A DNA stretch of 64,000 nucleotides from a virus. The notes beneath the pieces are model-generated. The model saw only the letters and a list, made by a program, of their open reading frames with translations, had not been told where the DNA came from and did no database searches. Below, one piece after another: positions 39,279 through 48,568 of the stretch. Every line of letters starts with the position of its first letter. Position 1 is the stretch's first letter. The stretch is taken from the IMG/VR virus record IMGVR_UViG_3300027763_002006, positions 28,216 to 92,215 of that record, one strand, 5' to 3'. The position numbers and the translations under genes were made by a program.

Positions 39279-40539
39279 CTTCTTGTTCTTTGTCACAGAC
39301 GAATGCTGTTACTGCGACATTTCCATGTACGTGACTTGCTGTGCGAATCATGTCCATTAGTGGATCAACTGCAATCAATAATACTAATACAGCTTCGCTG
39401 GGTAGTTTTAACAAGTCACAGACAACTGCTACTGTGGCCACCGTTAAGATACCTGTTGTACCTGCACTTGCTAATCCTGCTAAAATGCTACCAAACAATA
39501 CAACTGCTAGTCCTGTCAAGCCTAATGGTGCATCATAGATGTTGGCAATAAACACTGTGGCAATAGCATAGTAAACAATACTACCAATACGGTTAACAGT
39601 GAAACTTAGTGGAACAGTTAGTTCAACTCCACCTTTGTCGAACTTCAACTTGTGTAGTGCTTCTTGTGCATATGGGATACAAGCTAGACTACTACGTGAA
39701 CTCACAGCAACAATTAATGTTTCTTTAGTTTCACGGATAACAGTGGCAAGGCTCAATCCACTACGCATCCAAATTACTACTGTACCTAGAGCAATCACTA
39801 AGAATCCACCAATTGCTTGTTGGAATACAAAGTCAAACATAGTCATAAAAATACCAACGCCAACTTTACCCACCTGTGATGAAATCATGGCTAATAGTGC
39901 AATTGGTAGGAAGTAATTTAGGAATTTAAAAATACTAATACTTGCTTGTTGAACGCTCTTTAGAACTTCAACCAACATACGTTGACCCTCGGTTTTTAAG
40001 TGTCCTAATGCTACACCAAAGATTAAACAGAAGATAACGATCTTTAAACTCTCACCATTGTTTAATGTGTTGAAAATGTTTTCTGGGATAAACTTTTCTG
40101 CCATTTTACCAGCACTAACTTCTGCTGCCACTGGCATTGGTTCTTTAAGAGTGATGTTCAAATCAGTGCCACTGTCTTTGTCATTGACTAAAACACCAAG
40201 TTGTGTTTTCTTTTCAGGAGTCATTTCACTGCCTGTGATAACAACTGTACCTACTCCAATAACTGCGGCAATAAACATACTGCTGACAAAACCAATAATA
40301 ATTCTGCGAATTAAAGTTTGACTGCCTTCTTTTTGTAGTAAGCCAATGATACCAACTAGAATAGTTGCTAACAAGAATGGCAGTACAACTACCTTCAACA
40401 AACTAATATAGATGCTGCCAATACTGTCAAGGCCTATGCTGAACTCAGGAGCATACACTCCGCTTAAAATACCTACGATGATTGATCCTAAAATAGTCCA
40501 AGGACTAGTCAGGAAACTTTTTAAATGTGCTGTTGTCAT
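39265..40539 (-). CDS. Dicarboxylate/amino acid:cation symporter (DAACS/GltP family)
   Basis: Multiple TMs; FIPENIF, SSRSSLACIP, VPLSFTVN, DPLMDMIRT. Confidence 0.9.
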   Translation of the reverse strand: MTTAHLKSFLTSPWTILGSIIVGILSGVYAPEFSIGLDSIGSIYISLLKVVVLPFLLATILVGIIGLLQKEGSQTLIRRIIIGFVSSMFIAAVIGVGTVVITGSEMTPEKKTQLGVLVNDKDSGTDLNITLKEPMPVAAEVSAGKMAEKFIPENIFNTLNNGESLKIVIFCLIFGVALGHLKTEGQRMLVEVLKSVQQASISIFKFLNYFLPIALLAMISSQVGKVGVGIFMTMFDFVFQQAIGGFLVIALGTVVIWMRSGLSLATVIRETKETLIVAVSSRSSLACIPYAQEALHKLKFDKGGVELTVPLSFTVNRIGSIVYYAIATVFIANIYDAPLGLTGLAVVLFGSILAGLASAGTTGILTVATVAVVCDLLKLPSEAVLVLLIAVDPLMDMIRTASHVHGNVAVTAFVCDKEQEDGQT

Positions 40540-40548
40540 GTTAAGTCC

Positions 40549-41367
40549 TTATTTCTTTTCTGCTTTGTATCTATCCATTAACTTTTTAGTGTCAATGTTA
40601 TTGTATTCATTTTTAATGACGTGATTAACAACGCTTAACAATTGAATTGCTTTTGGATTTACTGCAACGGCAATGTTATCTACGCTGTCCGAGATTGTAA
40701 TGGTCTTAGTGCTAATTGCGGCGTCTGGCTTTTCAAAAGAAATTTTCTTGATTTCAAATTCATCACGGTAAGCGGCAGCAATATCGCCACGTGTGACTTT
40801 GTCAATGATTACATCCCATTTATCTTCAGGAAGGAATACAGCGTTAGGGAAATTGATACGAGCAAATGTATCATAACTTGAGTTGCGAATAAAACTAATC
40901 TTACCATTAAAATTTCTAATCACTTGATAAACTTCTTTGCCCTGACTGTTTTGACTTAACCATAAACGATTAATAACCAAACTTTGTCTTAGTTTAATAT
41001 AAGGATCACTGAATCTAACAACTTGTAAACGTGGACCAGTTACGGATAATTTACTAACAGCAATGTCAGCTTTGCCTTCTCTAACTTGTTCAACAACTTC
41101 AGCAAAACTTTCTGCATCGCGTCTGAACTGTACTGGCACTCCAAGTAGGACACCAATTCGTTGAGCAATCTCAACGTCAAGACCTCGAATATTATCGCCT
41201 TCTCCAGAGAAGAAAGGAGGAACATCTTTTTTGGTCATTGCTACGACAAGAACGTTGGCTTTCTTGATTGCGGCAATATCTGCGGATAGGGGTACTGTGG
41301 AACCTGGCATCTGTGCCTGGACTAGTGAGGAAACCAGTACGAATAGTAGGGTGATTAGTTTTTTCAT
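40549..41367 (-). CDS. Polar amino-acid substrate-binding protein (SBP family 3)
   Basis: Signal peptide; PPF..GLDVEIA, GKADIAVS.LSVT..R..VRFSDPY. Confidence 0.88.
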   Translation of the reverse strand: MKKLITLLFVLVSSLVQAQMPGSTVPLSADIAAIKKANVLVVAMTKKDVPPFFSGEGDNIRGLDVEIAQRIGVLLGVPVQFRRDAESFAEVVEQVREGKADIAVSKLSVTGPRLQVVRFSDPYIKLRQSLVINRLWLSQNSQGKEVYQVIRNFNGKISFIRNSSYDTFARINFPNAVFLPEDKWDVIIDKVTRGDIAAAYRDEFEIKKISFEKPDAAISTKTITISDSVDNIAVAVNPKAIQLLSVVNHVIKNEYNNIDTKKLMDRYKAEKK

Positions 41368-41403
41368 AATGTTATATTTATGTTTAATATAATGTATTTT
41401 TTA

Positions 41404-41967
41404 TTACATCCACAACCACAGACCCTGGGCACTTAATAGCATGCCAACACCTGCAACAAAGAAGCTACCCCAAAACATAGCTACACTAACTGCTAAAATA
41501 CTTGCTGACAATACAACGATTGCCAACTGATAGGCTGTGCTTGCATAACCAATCCATGGACTAGATTTTTTAGCTTCTTCACGAACTGCTTCCATTTCTC
41601 TTGCTTTAACAGCAAGTTCTTTCTTGTCTGCATCCATGCGTTCTTTTTCAGCTTGAAATTCTGCACGTAGTTTTGGATCAGTTGCGGTCTTTGCGGCAAT
41701 TTCGTAAGTGACACCGCGACCTGCCTTAGCTTGATATTGTGCCCATGTGTTATTAGCACCCAGTGTATTGTTTAACACTGTGCTGCCTAACTTGCCACCG
41801 TACCATGCATTGACTGCTAGTAACAATGCAAATATGCTAATAACCATACCTGCTTTGTCTTTTAATTTAGCTTCACGTTCACTGCGTGATCCCACTGGAG
41901 GCTTTGGAGCATCCGGATCCTTTGGTGTTTTGTTTACTAAGTTTAATACTGAATCAATTAAAGCCAT
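41404..41967 (-). CDS. DUF4337-like membrane protein
   Basis: TM, WAQYQAK, coiled coil, two C-terminal TMs. Confidence 0.65.
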   Translation of the reverse strand: MALIDSVLNLVNKTPKDPDAPKPPVGSRSEREAKLKDKAGMVISIFALLLAVNAWYGGKLGSTVLNNTLGANNTWAQYQAKAGRGVTYEIAAKTATDPKLRAEFQAEKERMDADKKELAVKAREMEAVREEAKKSSPWIGYASTAYQLAIVVLSASILAVSVAMFWGSFFVAGVGMLLSAQGLWLWM

Positions 41968-41968
41968 T

Positions 41969-42694
41969 TTATTTTTCTCCTGTTTTTTCTAATTTGGCAA
42001 TATAGTTTGCCATCAAGTGATCATATGCGCCAAGGAATTTCTGCCACTTGGCCAATGCTTTTGCTCTACTACGAGCCATGTCTTTTACCTGCTGCCACGG
42101 TGTTAGGTTTTTAAACTCACCGTGATAATCCATGTATACGTGAGTTCCGTGATGTGTAAATCCCATCAAACTAAACGGAACCTTGGTAACAGCGTCGCAG
42201 TTGTTTTGTACTCTGTAATGTGTAACTGTTAAACAGTTGACATATTCCTTGTTACCCACTTTTGGTGATCCAAACGTTACCAGTGCTAGCACCTTGGACT
42301 GCATTCTGCCTGCGGCAATGGTGGCCATTGCGGCACCCAAACTGTGTCCAGTGACATATAGACTGTCAATGCCAGCAACAGCTTTTTCTAATGTGGGCCA
42401 CAACTTGTTGATTTCAGTTTTAAAACCCACGTGAATTTTGCCACCAATGGCTTCAATGTTTTTACCAAACTGCAAGTCAGCCAAGATGTCTGATGACTCA
42501 GTGACCTCAGTGCCTCTGAAACTTAAAACGTGAATGCCATCAATGCCCTTGAGTAAGTATGCCTGTGCATTGTCAATGTCGAAAAAATCGACAATAGTGT
42601 ATCCTAATGTGTTAAATTTGGGTTTAGCAATGTCAGGAACATCGTATGTTATATTTGCTATTTGAGCGAACAACAATAGTTGACTTTTTTCCAT
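41969..42694 (-). CDS. Lipase class 3
   Basis: SFRGTE, IHVGF, TGHSLGAA nucleophile, TFGSPKVG, D.VTKVP. Confidence 0.9.
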   Translation of the reverse strand: MEKSQLLLFAQIANITYDVPDIAKPKFNTLGYTIVDFFDIDNAQAYLLKGIDGIHVLSFRGTEVTESSDILADLQFGKNIEAIGGKIHVGFKTEINKLWPTLEKAVAGIDSLYVTGHSLGAAMATIAAGRMQSKVLALVTFGSPKVGNKEYVNCLTVTHYRVQNNCDAVTKVPFSLMGFTHHGTHVYMDYHGEFKNLTPWQQVKDMARSRAKALAKWQKFLGAYDHLMANYIAKLEKTGEK

Positions 42695-43272
42695 TATTCT
42701 TCCTCTTTAAATTTAAAATTCATACTAATAACAATGCGTAATCCATCGCTGCGATTTTTAGTAACATGATGTGGCATCGTGCTGTCAAACATTAAAAACT
42801 TACCTGCCTGTGCTTTAATTGTTTGTTGCATAAGCAAGTAAGGATTTTTATGATATTGAAACACAAAGTCTCCGCTATCTTGTGGGACTTGAATCCAAAA
42901 TGCCGCACTGACATGTGCGCCGTGTTCATAATCGTGCGCTGACTCATGACTGTGAAGATTGGTAGATTCATTACGTTCGTGAACCACTGCCCAAAAGGCT
43001 TGGTTAGGATCTTGCCCTGGCTTTTCTTGCCAGCATGATTCTATTTCTTGTCCAAATGCTGTTTTCCATTCATCGCATAATGTTTTTACTATGCGTTGAA
43101 CCTGTGGAGTGAATTCTATTCTAATATCCTCTGCTCTAATATCTTCTGGGTCTTGGGCCATGTTACGACCTTGATCGTAGTTACGCATGACCATGTCAAC
43201 CAGAGGCTGGAGATCTTCTTCAAGTTCCCCAACAAGATATTCACATTTGGTCAGCGTAACTACTTCAGTCAT
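42694..43272 (-). CDS. 2OG-Fe(II) oxygenase-like protein
   Basis: HSHE, FDSTMPHHV, RIVISMNF. Confidence 0.75.
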   Translation of the reverse strand: MTEVVTLTKCEYLVGELEEDLQPLVDMVMRNYDQGRNMAQDPEDIRAEDIRIEFTPQVQRIVKTLCDEWKTAFGQEIESCWQEKPGQDPNQAFWAVVHERNESTNLHSHESAHDYEHGAHVSAAFWIQVPQDSGDFVFQYHKNPYLLMQQTIKAQAGKFLMFDSTMPHHVTKNRSDGLRIVISMNFKFKEEE

Positions 43273-44738
43273 TAGTGTAACTCAGGTAATAAGTCGTAGT
43301 CTACTTTGTAGAAACCATTGTCTTGCATTTCAACTGCATCAGCGTAATCTGTGCCCAATAGCTCTTGTGCCATTACGCCACGTTGAACTACTGCGCTACC
43401 TAGGTAGTTGTAATTGTAGACATTAATGCCATGAACTTCGCCGACTTTAACAACATTCTCTTTTAGTCTGCTGTCACTGAAGAACTTCTTAGCACCGCTA
43501 CTAATAGTACTACCTACTTTTTTAGCACCGTCAGCTACAGTATTAGCTGTGCTCTTAGCGGCATCTGCCACTCTCTGAGCTTCAGCGGCTGCGGCTGCGG
43601 CAACACGTTCTGCTTCACGCTGTGCGGCAGCAGCCTGTTCTTGAGCAATACGTGCGGCTTCAGCGGCTACACGTTCAGCTTCTGCTTTGGCCACTGCGGC
43701 AACACGGTCAGCTTCTGCCTTGGCCACTGCGGCAACACGGTCAGCTTCTGCCTTGGCGGCAGCGGCTTGTTCTTTAGCAATACGTTCTAGGTTAGCTTGA
43801 TTTTGAGCAATGGCAACTGGATCTCCAGCAAGGATCTTTGCCGCTTCAGTAGTTACTTTGTCGTTAGCTATCTTTAGGGCTACTTTGGTTGCGTCTTTGA
43901 CTACGTTCTTGATACCTTTTTGTGCTGGCTTAGTGTCAACGCTGACGCTGGCATTAAACTCAACACCTCCAATTAGCGCAACTTCACCTGTGCCACCAAG
44001 AGTGACAACACCATTGTTCATTGTTGCGCCGGCTTCAACTACAGCACCTGCTTGTGCTCCAACACTGACTTCAGCACCAGATTGTATTCCGTTGCCATTT
44101 TTATCATATATGCCATGACTTCCACCAACGCCTACACTGGCGCCAACTTCAGCACCTGCTTTGCCACTGGCACCATCTTTGCCAGCTTGAACAGTTCCGC
44201 CTGCATAAAGTTCTGCAGAGGCACCTGCATGTGCTTCATTGGTATATGTTACACCACCACCTGACACGCTGTTGGTTGAACTAGCACTTACACTGGCTCC
44301 GCCTTGAACTTCTGCTGTTGCGCTGGCATTACGACCATCCCAACCACCACTGGCGTTGCCACTGGCATTTACTTGAGCACCCACGGCTGTTTCATTTGTC
44401 AATGTTGCACCACCAACTTGTTTAGTTGATACTACACTTGCACCAGCACTTGCACCAACTTCAGCAGTTGCGGCAGCATACGTACCAGTTACTTGGGCGC
44501 CTGCGCTGGCATGCATTTCGCCGCCGGCTTGTGCTGTTATATCTACACCGCCCACTGTTGTGCTAGTAGATACTCCACCAGCTATACCTACTTTTTCTGT
44601 TTGTTCAGCAGTGATTTGACCACCGCCTGTACTGAATCCTACTTCCAGTTTATTCTCTGGTTTAGTAGTTGGTTTAACACTGTCGCCGCCGATCGTTGGC
44701 TTACTGCCGGCTGCTGGTTTTTTACTAAATGGTTTCAT
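43272..44738 (-). CDS. Gly/Ala-rich protein with coiled coil and C-terminal peptidase S74 (intramolecular chaperone) domain
   Basis: SDSRLKENV..YNY..GVMAQEL..VDY; start moved to MKPFSKK. Confidence 0.7.
   Translation of the reverse strand: MKPFSKKPAAGSKPTIGGDSVKPTTKPENKLEVGFSTGGGQITAEQTEKVGIAGGVSTSTTVGGVDITAQAGGEMHASAGAQVTGTYAAATAEVGASAGASVVSTKQVGGATLTNETAVGAQVNASGNASGGWDGRNASATAEVQGGASVSASSTNSVSGGGVTYTNEAHAGASAELYAGGTVQAGKDGASGKAGAEVGASVGVGGSHGIYDKNGNGIQSGAEVSVGAQAGAVVEAGATMNNGVVTLGGTGEVALIGGVEFNASVSVDTKPAQKGIKNVVKDATKVALKIANDKVTTEAAKILAGDPVAIAQNQANLERIAKEQAAAAKAEADRVAAVAKAEADRVAAVAKAEAERVAAEAARIAQEQAAAAQREAERVAAAAAAEAQRVADAAKSTANTVADGAKKVGSTISSGAKKFFSDSRLKENVVKVGEVHGINVYNYNYLGSAVVQRGVMAQELLGTDYADAVEMQDNGFYKVDYDLLPELH
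43675..43757 (-). repeat. 33-nt tandem repeat encoding AKAEADRVAAV
   Basis: ~2.5 near-identical copies; 11-residue periodicity. Confidence 0.8.
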
Positions 44739-44752
44739 GATTATTTTTCCTT

Positions 44753-45640
44753 TTATAGTCCACTTGCGCCCATTGTAGCCCACTCACGAGCACCATTTGG
44801 TAATGTCTGCTCACAGGCTAACTGTGCTACTAATGTTGTTACAACACCTGCAACAACTGCCGCACAACTTTGTGGAACGATCATAGCACCTGCGGCTACA
44901 TCAAATGACTTACACAATGTAAAAGCAATAGCATCAGTTAAGATTTTCTTATTAGCTTCGCCAATTGCTTTACGTACATCTGGAGCCATCCAAATTAATT
45001 CTACAAATGCTTGTGCTGTTAAATCACAGGCTGTGCCTAATGCTACAGCACCTACTGTTTCTTTAGCTGCCAAATACAAAATAGCTGTTGAGCTCAGTGG
45101 GGCAGTTGCGGCCACTGTAGTTGCTTGACTGCTTGGTTCTGGACGGTATAGTAATGCCGCAAATACTGTACCTAATGCAATACTGACACCGATTTGGCAG
45201 TAATTTGCTTGCACCCATTCGGCAAGAAGTTCACCACCACGAGCAACACCATAAACACCTGCTCGGGCGCCTTGTTCCATGGCTCTAATGGCTAACTTAC
45301 CACCAGCATCCATGTCATTAAGAGCAGCTTCGGCTACGCCAGCTGTCCATGCACCATGACGAGCATAACCAATTTTAGCTTGTCCAGCGGCACTAACTCC
45401 GATACCGTGAACTGTGTTGATTGAGTTTCTTGCAAGCTGTTCAGCTTGACTAGTTAGCTTACCTGCACCATCAGTAATCTGTTGTCCAGCTACATTAATT
45501 GCTTTAGGTGTTTCTTTGATTACAGTATTAATTACATTACTGCCTGTATTACTTACGGTATTAACTGTACTAGTTACTGTGTTTGTTACTGTATTACCAG
45601 CAGATTTAAATGCTTTACCTACACTTTTAAAAAATCCCAT
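44753..45640 (-). CDS. Ala-rich hypothetical protein with amphipathic N-terminus and hydrophobic Cys-containing C-terminus
   Basis: MGFFKSVGKAFK; 295 aa. Confidence 0.6.
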   Translation of the reverse strand: MGFFKSVGKAFKSAGNTVTNTVTSTVNTVSNTGSNVINTVIKETPKAINVAGQQITDGAGKLTSQAEQLARNSINTVHGIGVSAAGQAKIGYARHGAWTAGVAEAALNDMDAGGKLAIRAMEQGARAGVYGVARGGELLAEWVQANYCQIGVSIALGTVFAALLYRPEPSSQATTVAATAPLSSTAILYLAAKETVGAVALGTACDLTAQAFVELIWMAPDVRKAIGEANKKILTDAIAFTLCKSFDVAAGAMIVPQSCAAVVAGVVTTLVAQLACEQTLPNGAREWATMGASGL

Positions 45641-45642
45641 GA

Positions 45643-45789
45643 TTATTCCTTTTTAGCCTTTTTAGGCTTTGAATTTGGTCCAGCCTCAGCGGCCTTCTTT
45701 TTGTTTTCCTCTAGTATAGGACTAGTGGTTCTGTGTGCGTGTGTCTTTTCAGGCTCTTTAATATGTGGACGTCTATTAAACCAACTCAT
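45643..45789 (-). CDS. 48-aa basic hypothetical protein MSWFNRRPHIKEP...
   Basis: Manually found; SD GGAG. Confidence 0.55.
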   Translation of the reverse strand: MSWFNRRPHIKEPEKTHAHRTTSPILEENKKKAAEAGPNSKPKKAKKE

Positions 45790-45874
45790 ATCGTACTCCC
45801 AAATTATAGTACTATTTATTTAATTTTGAGTTTAGTTATTGATTTTAGGTAAATATTGTTAACAAGGAGCTTTC

Positions 45875-46591
45875 ATGGATTGGATCCCATTAATAACAGC
45901 CAGGCATACAACATTTGCTTGGGACGATACTGTACCCGAAGAAAGTACAATATTGTCGGCATTACAAGAAGTATATCAGCATATTCCAAGTAAGAATCTG
46001 CAATTTCCATATCAAGTACACTTGTTAAGAAATAATGACCCTGCTATTAGAAAAGAAATAATGACCATATGTCAACGAAACGGTCATTTGACCATGGAAG
46101 AAGATCCTGGAAATCCACAAGTACTTGCACCTTGGTTACTGGGTTTTAGTGCTAGATGGGTTGGTGACTTGGAAGTACGCTACGAAACCGAATCAAATCG
46201 TGGAAAGCTCAATGGCTTTGGAGCAGGAAAACGTAGAACCAATGACATCGCTGGTGGACAGACACGAACAGAAAATATAGAAATTGGAATATTCTCTGCT
46301 TATATAATGCTTGCATTAGCCAATAAAGGAATACAAACGGGTATGTGTCAAAATATCGATCACAATTTTGATAGAGCAAGTGAAATTTTTAAAATAGATA
46401 ACGATCCTCGAGCATTAGATTTTAGATTTATCATGGGAGTGGGCTACGGTAAAGATCAACAAACTTGGCATAATTATTTTGACCCTAGAATCGACCGTTT
46501 TAAACGAATTCCGTTTTCTCCACTTAATGTAGAAAAAGTATACCCTCGACCTGCATTTGAAGACATAGTTAAACGAGTCGACTTGACATAA
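45875..46591 (+). CDS. Nitroreductase-family protein
   Basis: ITARHTTFAW, IPSK, APWLL, LALANKGIQTG, MGVGY. Confidence 0.7.
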   Translation: MDWIPLITARHTTFAWDDTVPEESTILSALQEVYQHIPSKNLQFPYQVHLLRNNDPAIRKEIMTICQRNGHLTMEEDPGNPQVLAPWLLGFSARWVGDLEVRYETESNRGKLNGFGAGKRRTNDIAGGQTRTENIEIGIFSAYIMLALANKGIQTGMCQNIDHNFDRASEIFKIDNDPRALDFRFIMGVGYGKDQQTWHNYFDPRIDRFKRIPFSPLNVEKVYPRPAFEDIVKRVDLT

Positions 46592-46637
46592 ATTTAGTTT
46601 GATTGTGAAAAGGTAAATATTCATATAGGAGACAATC

Positions 46638-47276
46638 ATGGACTTTACCTTTGAATTCACTGCCGAGATGCTGGCAAAATGCATTAAGAAAAATAAAAAC
46701 CCCAACGAGTGGTACGAGGGTTTATGCAATCAACTACCACAATTTGCCATTGTTACGCCGGCCCGTGTTGCTGGTTTTATCAGTCAATGTCAACACGAAA
46801 GCGCAGACTTTACAGCATTAGTAGAAAACTTAAACTACAGTGACAAGGGTCTAGTAGGAACATTTAAAAAATACTTTCCAGATTTAAACACAGCTAAACC
46901 CTACGCAAGAAAACCAGAAATGATTGCCAACAGAGTCTATGCTAACCGCATGGGCAACGGCAACGAAGCCAGTGGCGACGGATTTAAATTCCGCGGTCGT
47001 GGTCTAGTTCAACTCACAGGTCGTGCAAATTACACACAATGTAGTAAAGACTTGTTTGGTGATGACTGCCTGGTACAAAATCCAGATCTAGTCTGTGAAC
47101 CAGAATACGCAGTTCTAAGTGCCTGCTGGTTCTGGCACAAGAATCGTTTAAACGATATCTGCGACAAAGGCGACGTAGTTTTATTATCTAAACGCATCAA
47201 TGGCGGTACACTGGGTCTAGCTGATCGTATTCATCACTGGAATGAATGTATCGAGTTATTCGAAGCAGACCTATAA
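46638..47276 (+). CDS. Glycoside hydrolase family 19 endolysin
   Basis: QCQHES, ENLNYS, GDGFKFRGRGLVQLTGRANY, SACWFW, RINGG. Confidence 0.92.
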   Translation: MDFTFEFTAEMLAKCIKKNKNPNEWYEGLCNQLPQFAIVTPARVAGFISQCQHESADFTALVENLNYSDKGLVGTFKKYFPDLNTAKPYARKPEMIANRVYANRMGNGNEASGDGFKFRGRGLVQLTGRANYTQCSKDLFGDDCLVQNPDLVCEPEYAVLSACWFWHKNRLNDICDKGDVVLLSKRINGGTLGLADRIHHWNECIELFEADL

Positions 47277-47431
47277 TGGAACAGTACATGGACGACTATG
47301 ATTCTTACAAGCGGTATACCTCCGCTTGTAAATGTCTAGCCTGTAGTTGTAAACATCATTGCGGCACAGGCTGTGACTGTGATACCTGTCCCGACTGTGA
47401 ATGTCCGCATTGTGTTACCAATGACGAATAG
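47276..47431 (+). CDS. Cys/His-rich metallothionein-like micro-protein
   Basis: 51 aa with 11 Cys and 3 His; TAATG overlap with endolysin. Confidence 0.55.
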   Translation: MEQYMDDYDSYKRYTSACKCLACSCKHHCGTGCDCDTCPDCECPHCVTNDE

Positions 47432-47606
47432 TATTTGCTATAATGAACAAGCAGGTAACGACGTGGATCACTACCCAAAACGTTTTTAAGAACAGTGCAA
47501 GTCTTGCTTCACGTAGTGTAAGGATTGGCACATCCGGGCGATCATGATCAGACTCGCCCATTAGATGACCAGTTGCCCTGGCCCAGATACGTTCTAGACT
47601 ATTCAT
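47415..47606 (-). CDS. Small membrane protein
   Basis: IWARATG...CLFIIANTIRHW. Confidence 0.65.
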   Translation of the reverse strand: MNSLERIWARATGHLMGESDHDRPDVPILTLREARLALFLKTFWVVIHVVTCLFIIANTIRHW

Positions 47607-48022
47607 ACTTCTTCTTCCTTTTTATCACTAGGAAATCGAGCACTGGTGTATCTCACAATCATCACACTCACTGCTATTACAAATGTGCTGCCGGCTACTG
47701 CTATCATTTCATCTATCCGAATAGGTAAGTGACTCATGATATCCACCATGTGTCTAGTCAACGCTGTAATAGCAATATACAGCAGAAAACGCACAGGCAT
47801 GTGATTAGTTCTAAAGTAGATACCTACCATAGCACCGATTTCTAAATAGATAAACATCAAGAGTAAATCAGTTACACTGGCATGATGCTTGGCAAATAGT
47901 TCCACAAAGGTCCAACCTGCGGCCCATACTGTGGCGGCGCCAATACCAAAAAGGGCCAGTTTGTGAAACACAGCCACCATGGCATCACCCATGCGGTCAA
48001 TGTCTTTCATTGGTTTGTTCAT
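47603..48022 (-). CDS. psiE: Phosphate-starvation-inducible PsiE family protein
   Basis: DLLLMFIYLEIGAMVGIYF..HMPVRFLLYIAITALTR. Confidence 0.85.
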   Translation of the reverse strand: MNKPMKDIDRMGDAMVAVFHKLALFGIGAATVWAAGWTFVELFAKHHASVTDLLLMFIYLEIGAMVGIYFRTNHMPVRFLLYIAITALTRHMVDIMSHLPIRIDEMIAVAGSTFVIAVSVMIVRYTSARFPSDKKEEEV

Positions 48023-48040
48023 ATTCTTGTGTCCAATTCC

Positions 48041-48490
48041 TTAACCTTCGTAGGTAGCACTGTTAGCACCGTGCTCTGCACATTCTACCCTAACACAATA
48101 GCAACGATTGTTGGTCTTTTCACGGATCAGTGCGTCAGCAAAATTAAAAGCGTGTTCTGCAAACTTCTCTGCACCCACCCCATCAAATATTCTAATCTCT
48201 GCTAGATCCAGTGCTTCTAGTTCTTGAAACTTGGCCAGATGCGGATCAGATTTATCTAATGCTACCTTGTGATCAAAATGATCTTCCAGCCATGCTTTGA
48301 GCTGTTTAAGGCCACCAAAGTCCACTGCCCAGTTTTTGTTGTCTAATGTATCACAGCCAAACGTAAATGTAAACGCTAGACTGTAACCATGCAACAGATG
48401 ACAGTGACTGTGATCTGCATTGGGTTGTCTAAATACGGCACTTAGACCAATGTTATGTCCATAGTGTTTTGTTGAATAATATTTTGCCAT
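48041..48490 (-). CDS. queD: 6-carboxytetrahydropterin synthase (QueD/PTPS)
   Basis: HCHLLHGY, VDFGGLK, FDHK, EHGANSA. Confidence 0.85.
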   Translation of the reverse strand: MAKYYSTKHYGHNIGLSAVFRQPNADHSHCHLLHGYSLAFTFTFGCDTLDNKNWAVDFGGLKQLKAWLEDHFDHKVALDKSDPHLAKFQELEALDLAEIRIFDGVGAEKFAEHAFNFADALIREKTNNRCYCVRVECAEHGANSATYEG

Positions 48491-48507
48491 GTTTTCTCCT
48501 ATGTTGT

Positions 48508-48536
48508 ATTATAGCATAGACGGCAGAGTTTGTAAA
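48508..48536 (-). promoter_or_regulatory. sigma70-type promoter of queD with extended -10
   Basis: TTTACA-17-TATAAT with TG two nt before the -10. Confidence 0.7.
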
Positions 48537-48568
48537 GCGGGAATGACGCCAAGGCCGCTGAGATTGCA

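Noticed and set aside
48491-48560. preQ1 riboswitch upstream of queD
   Set aside because: Lacks the class I stem-loop consensus and A-rich tail; kept only as an unclassified structured leader
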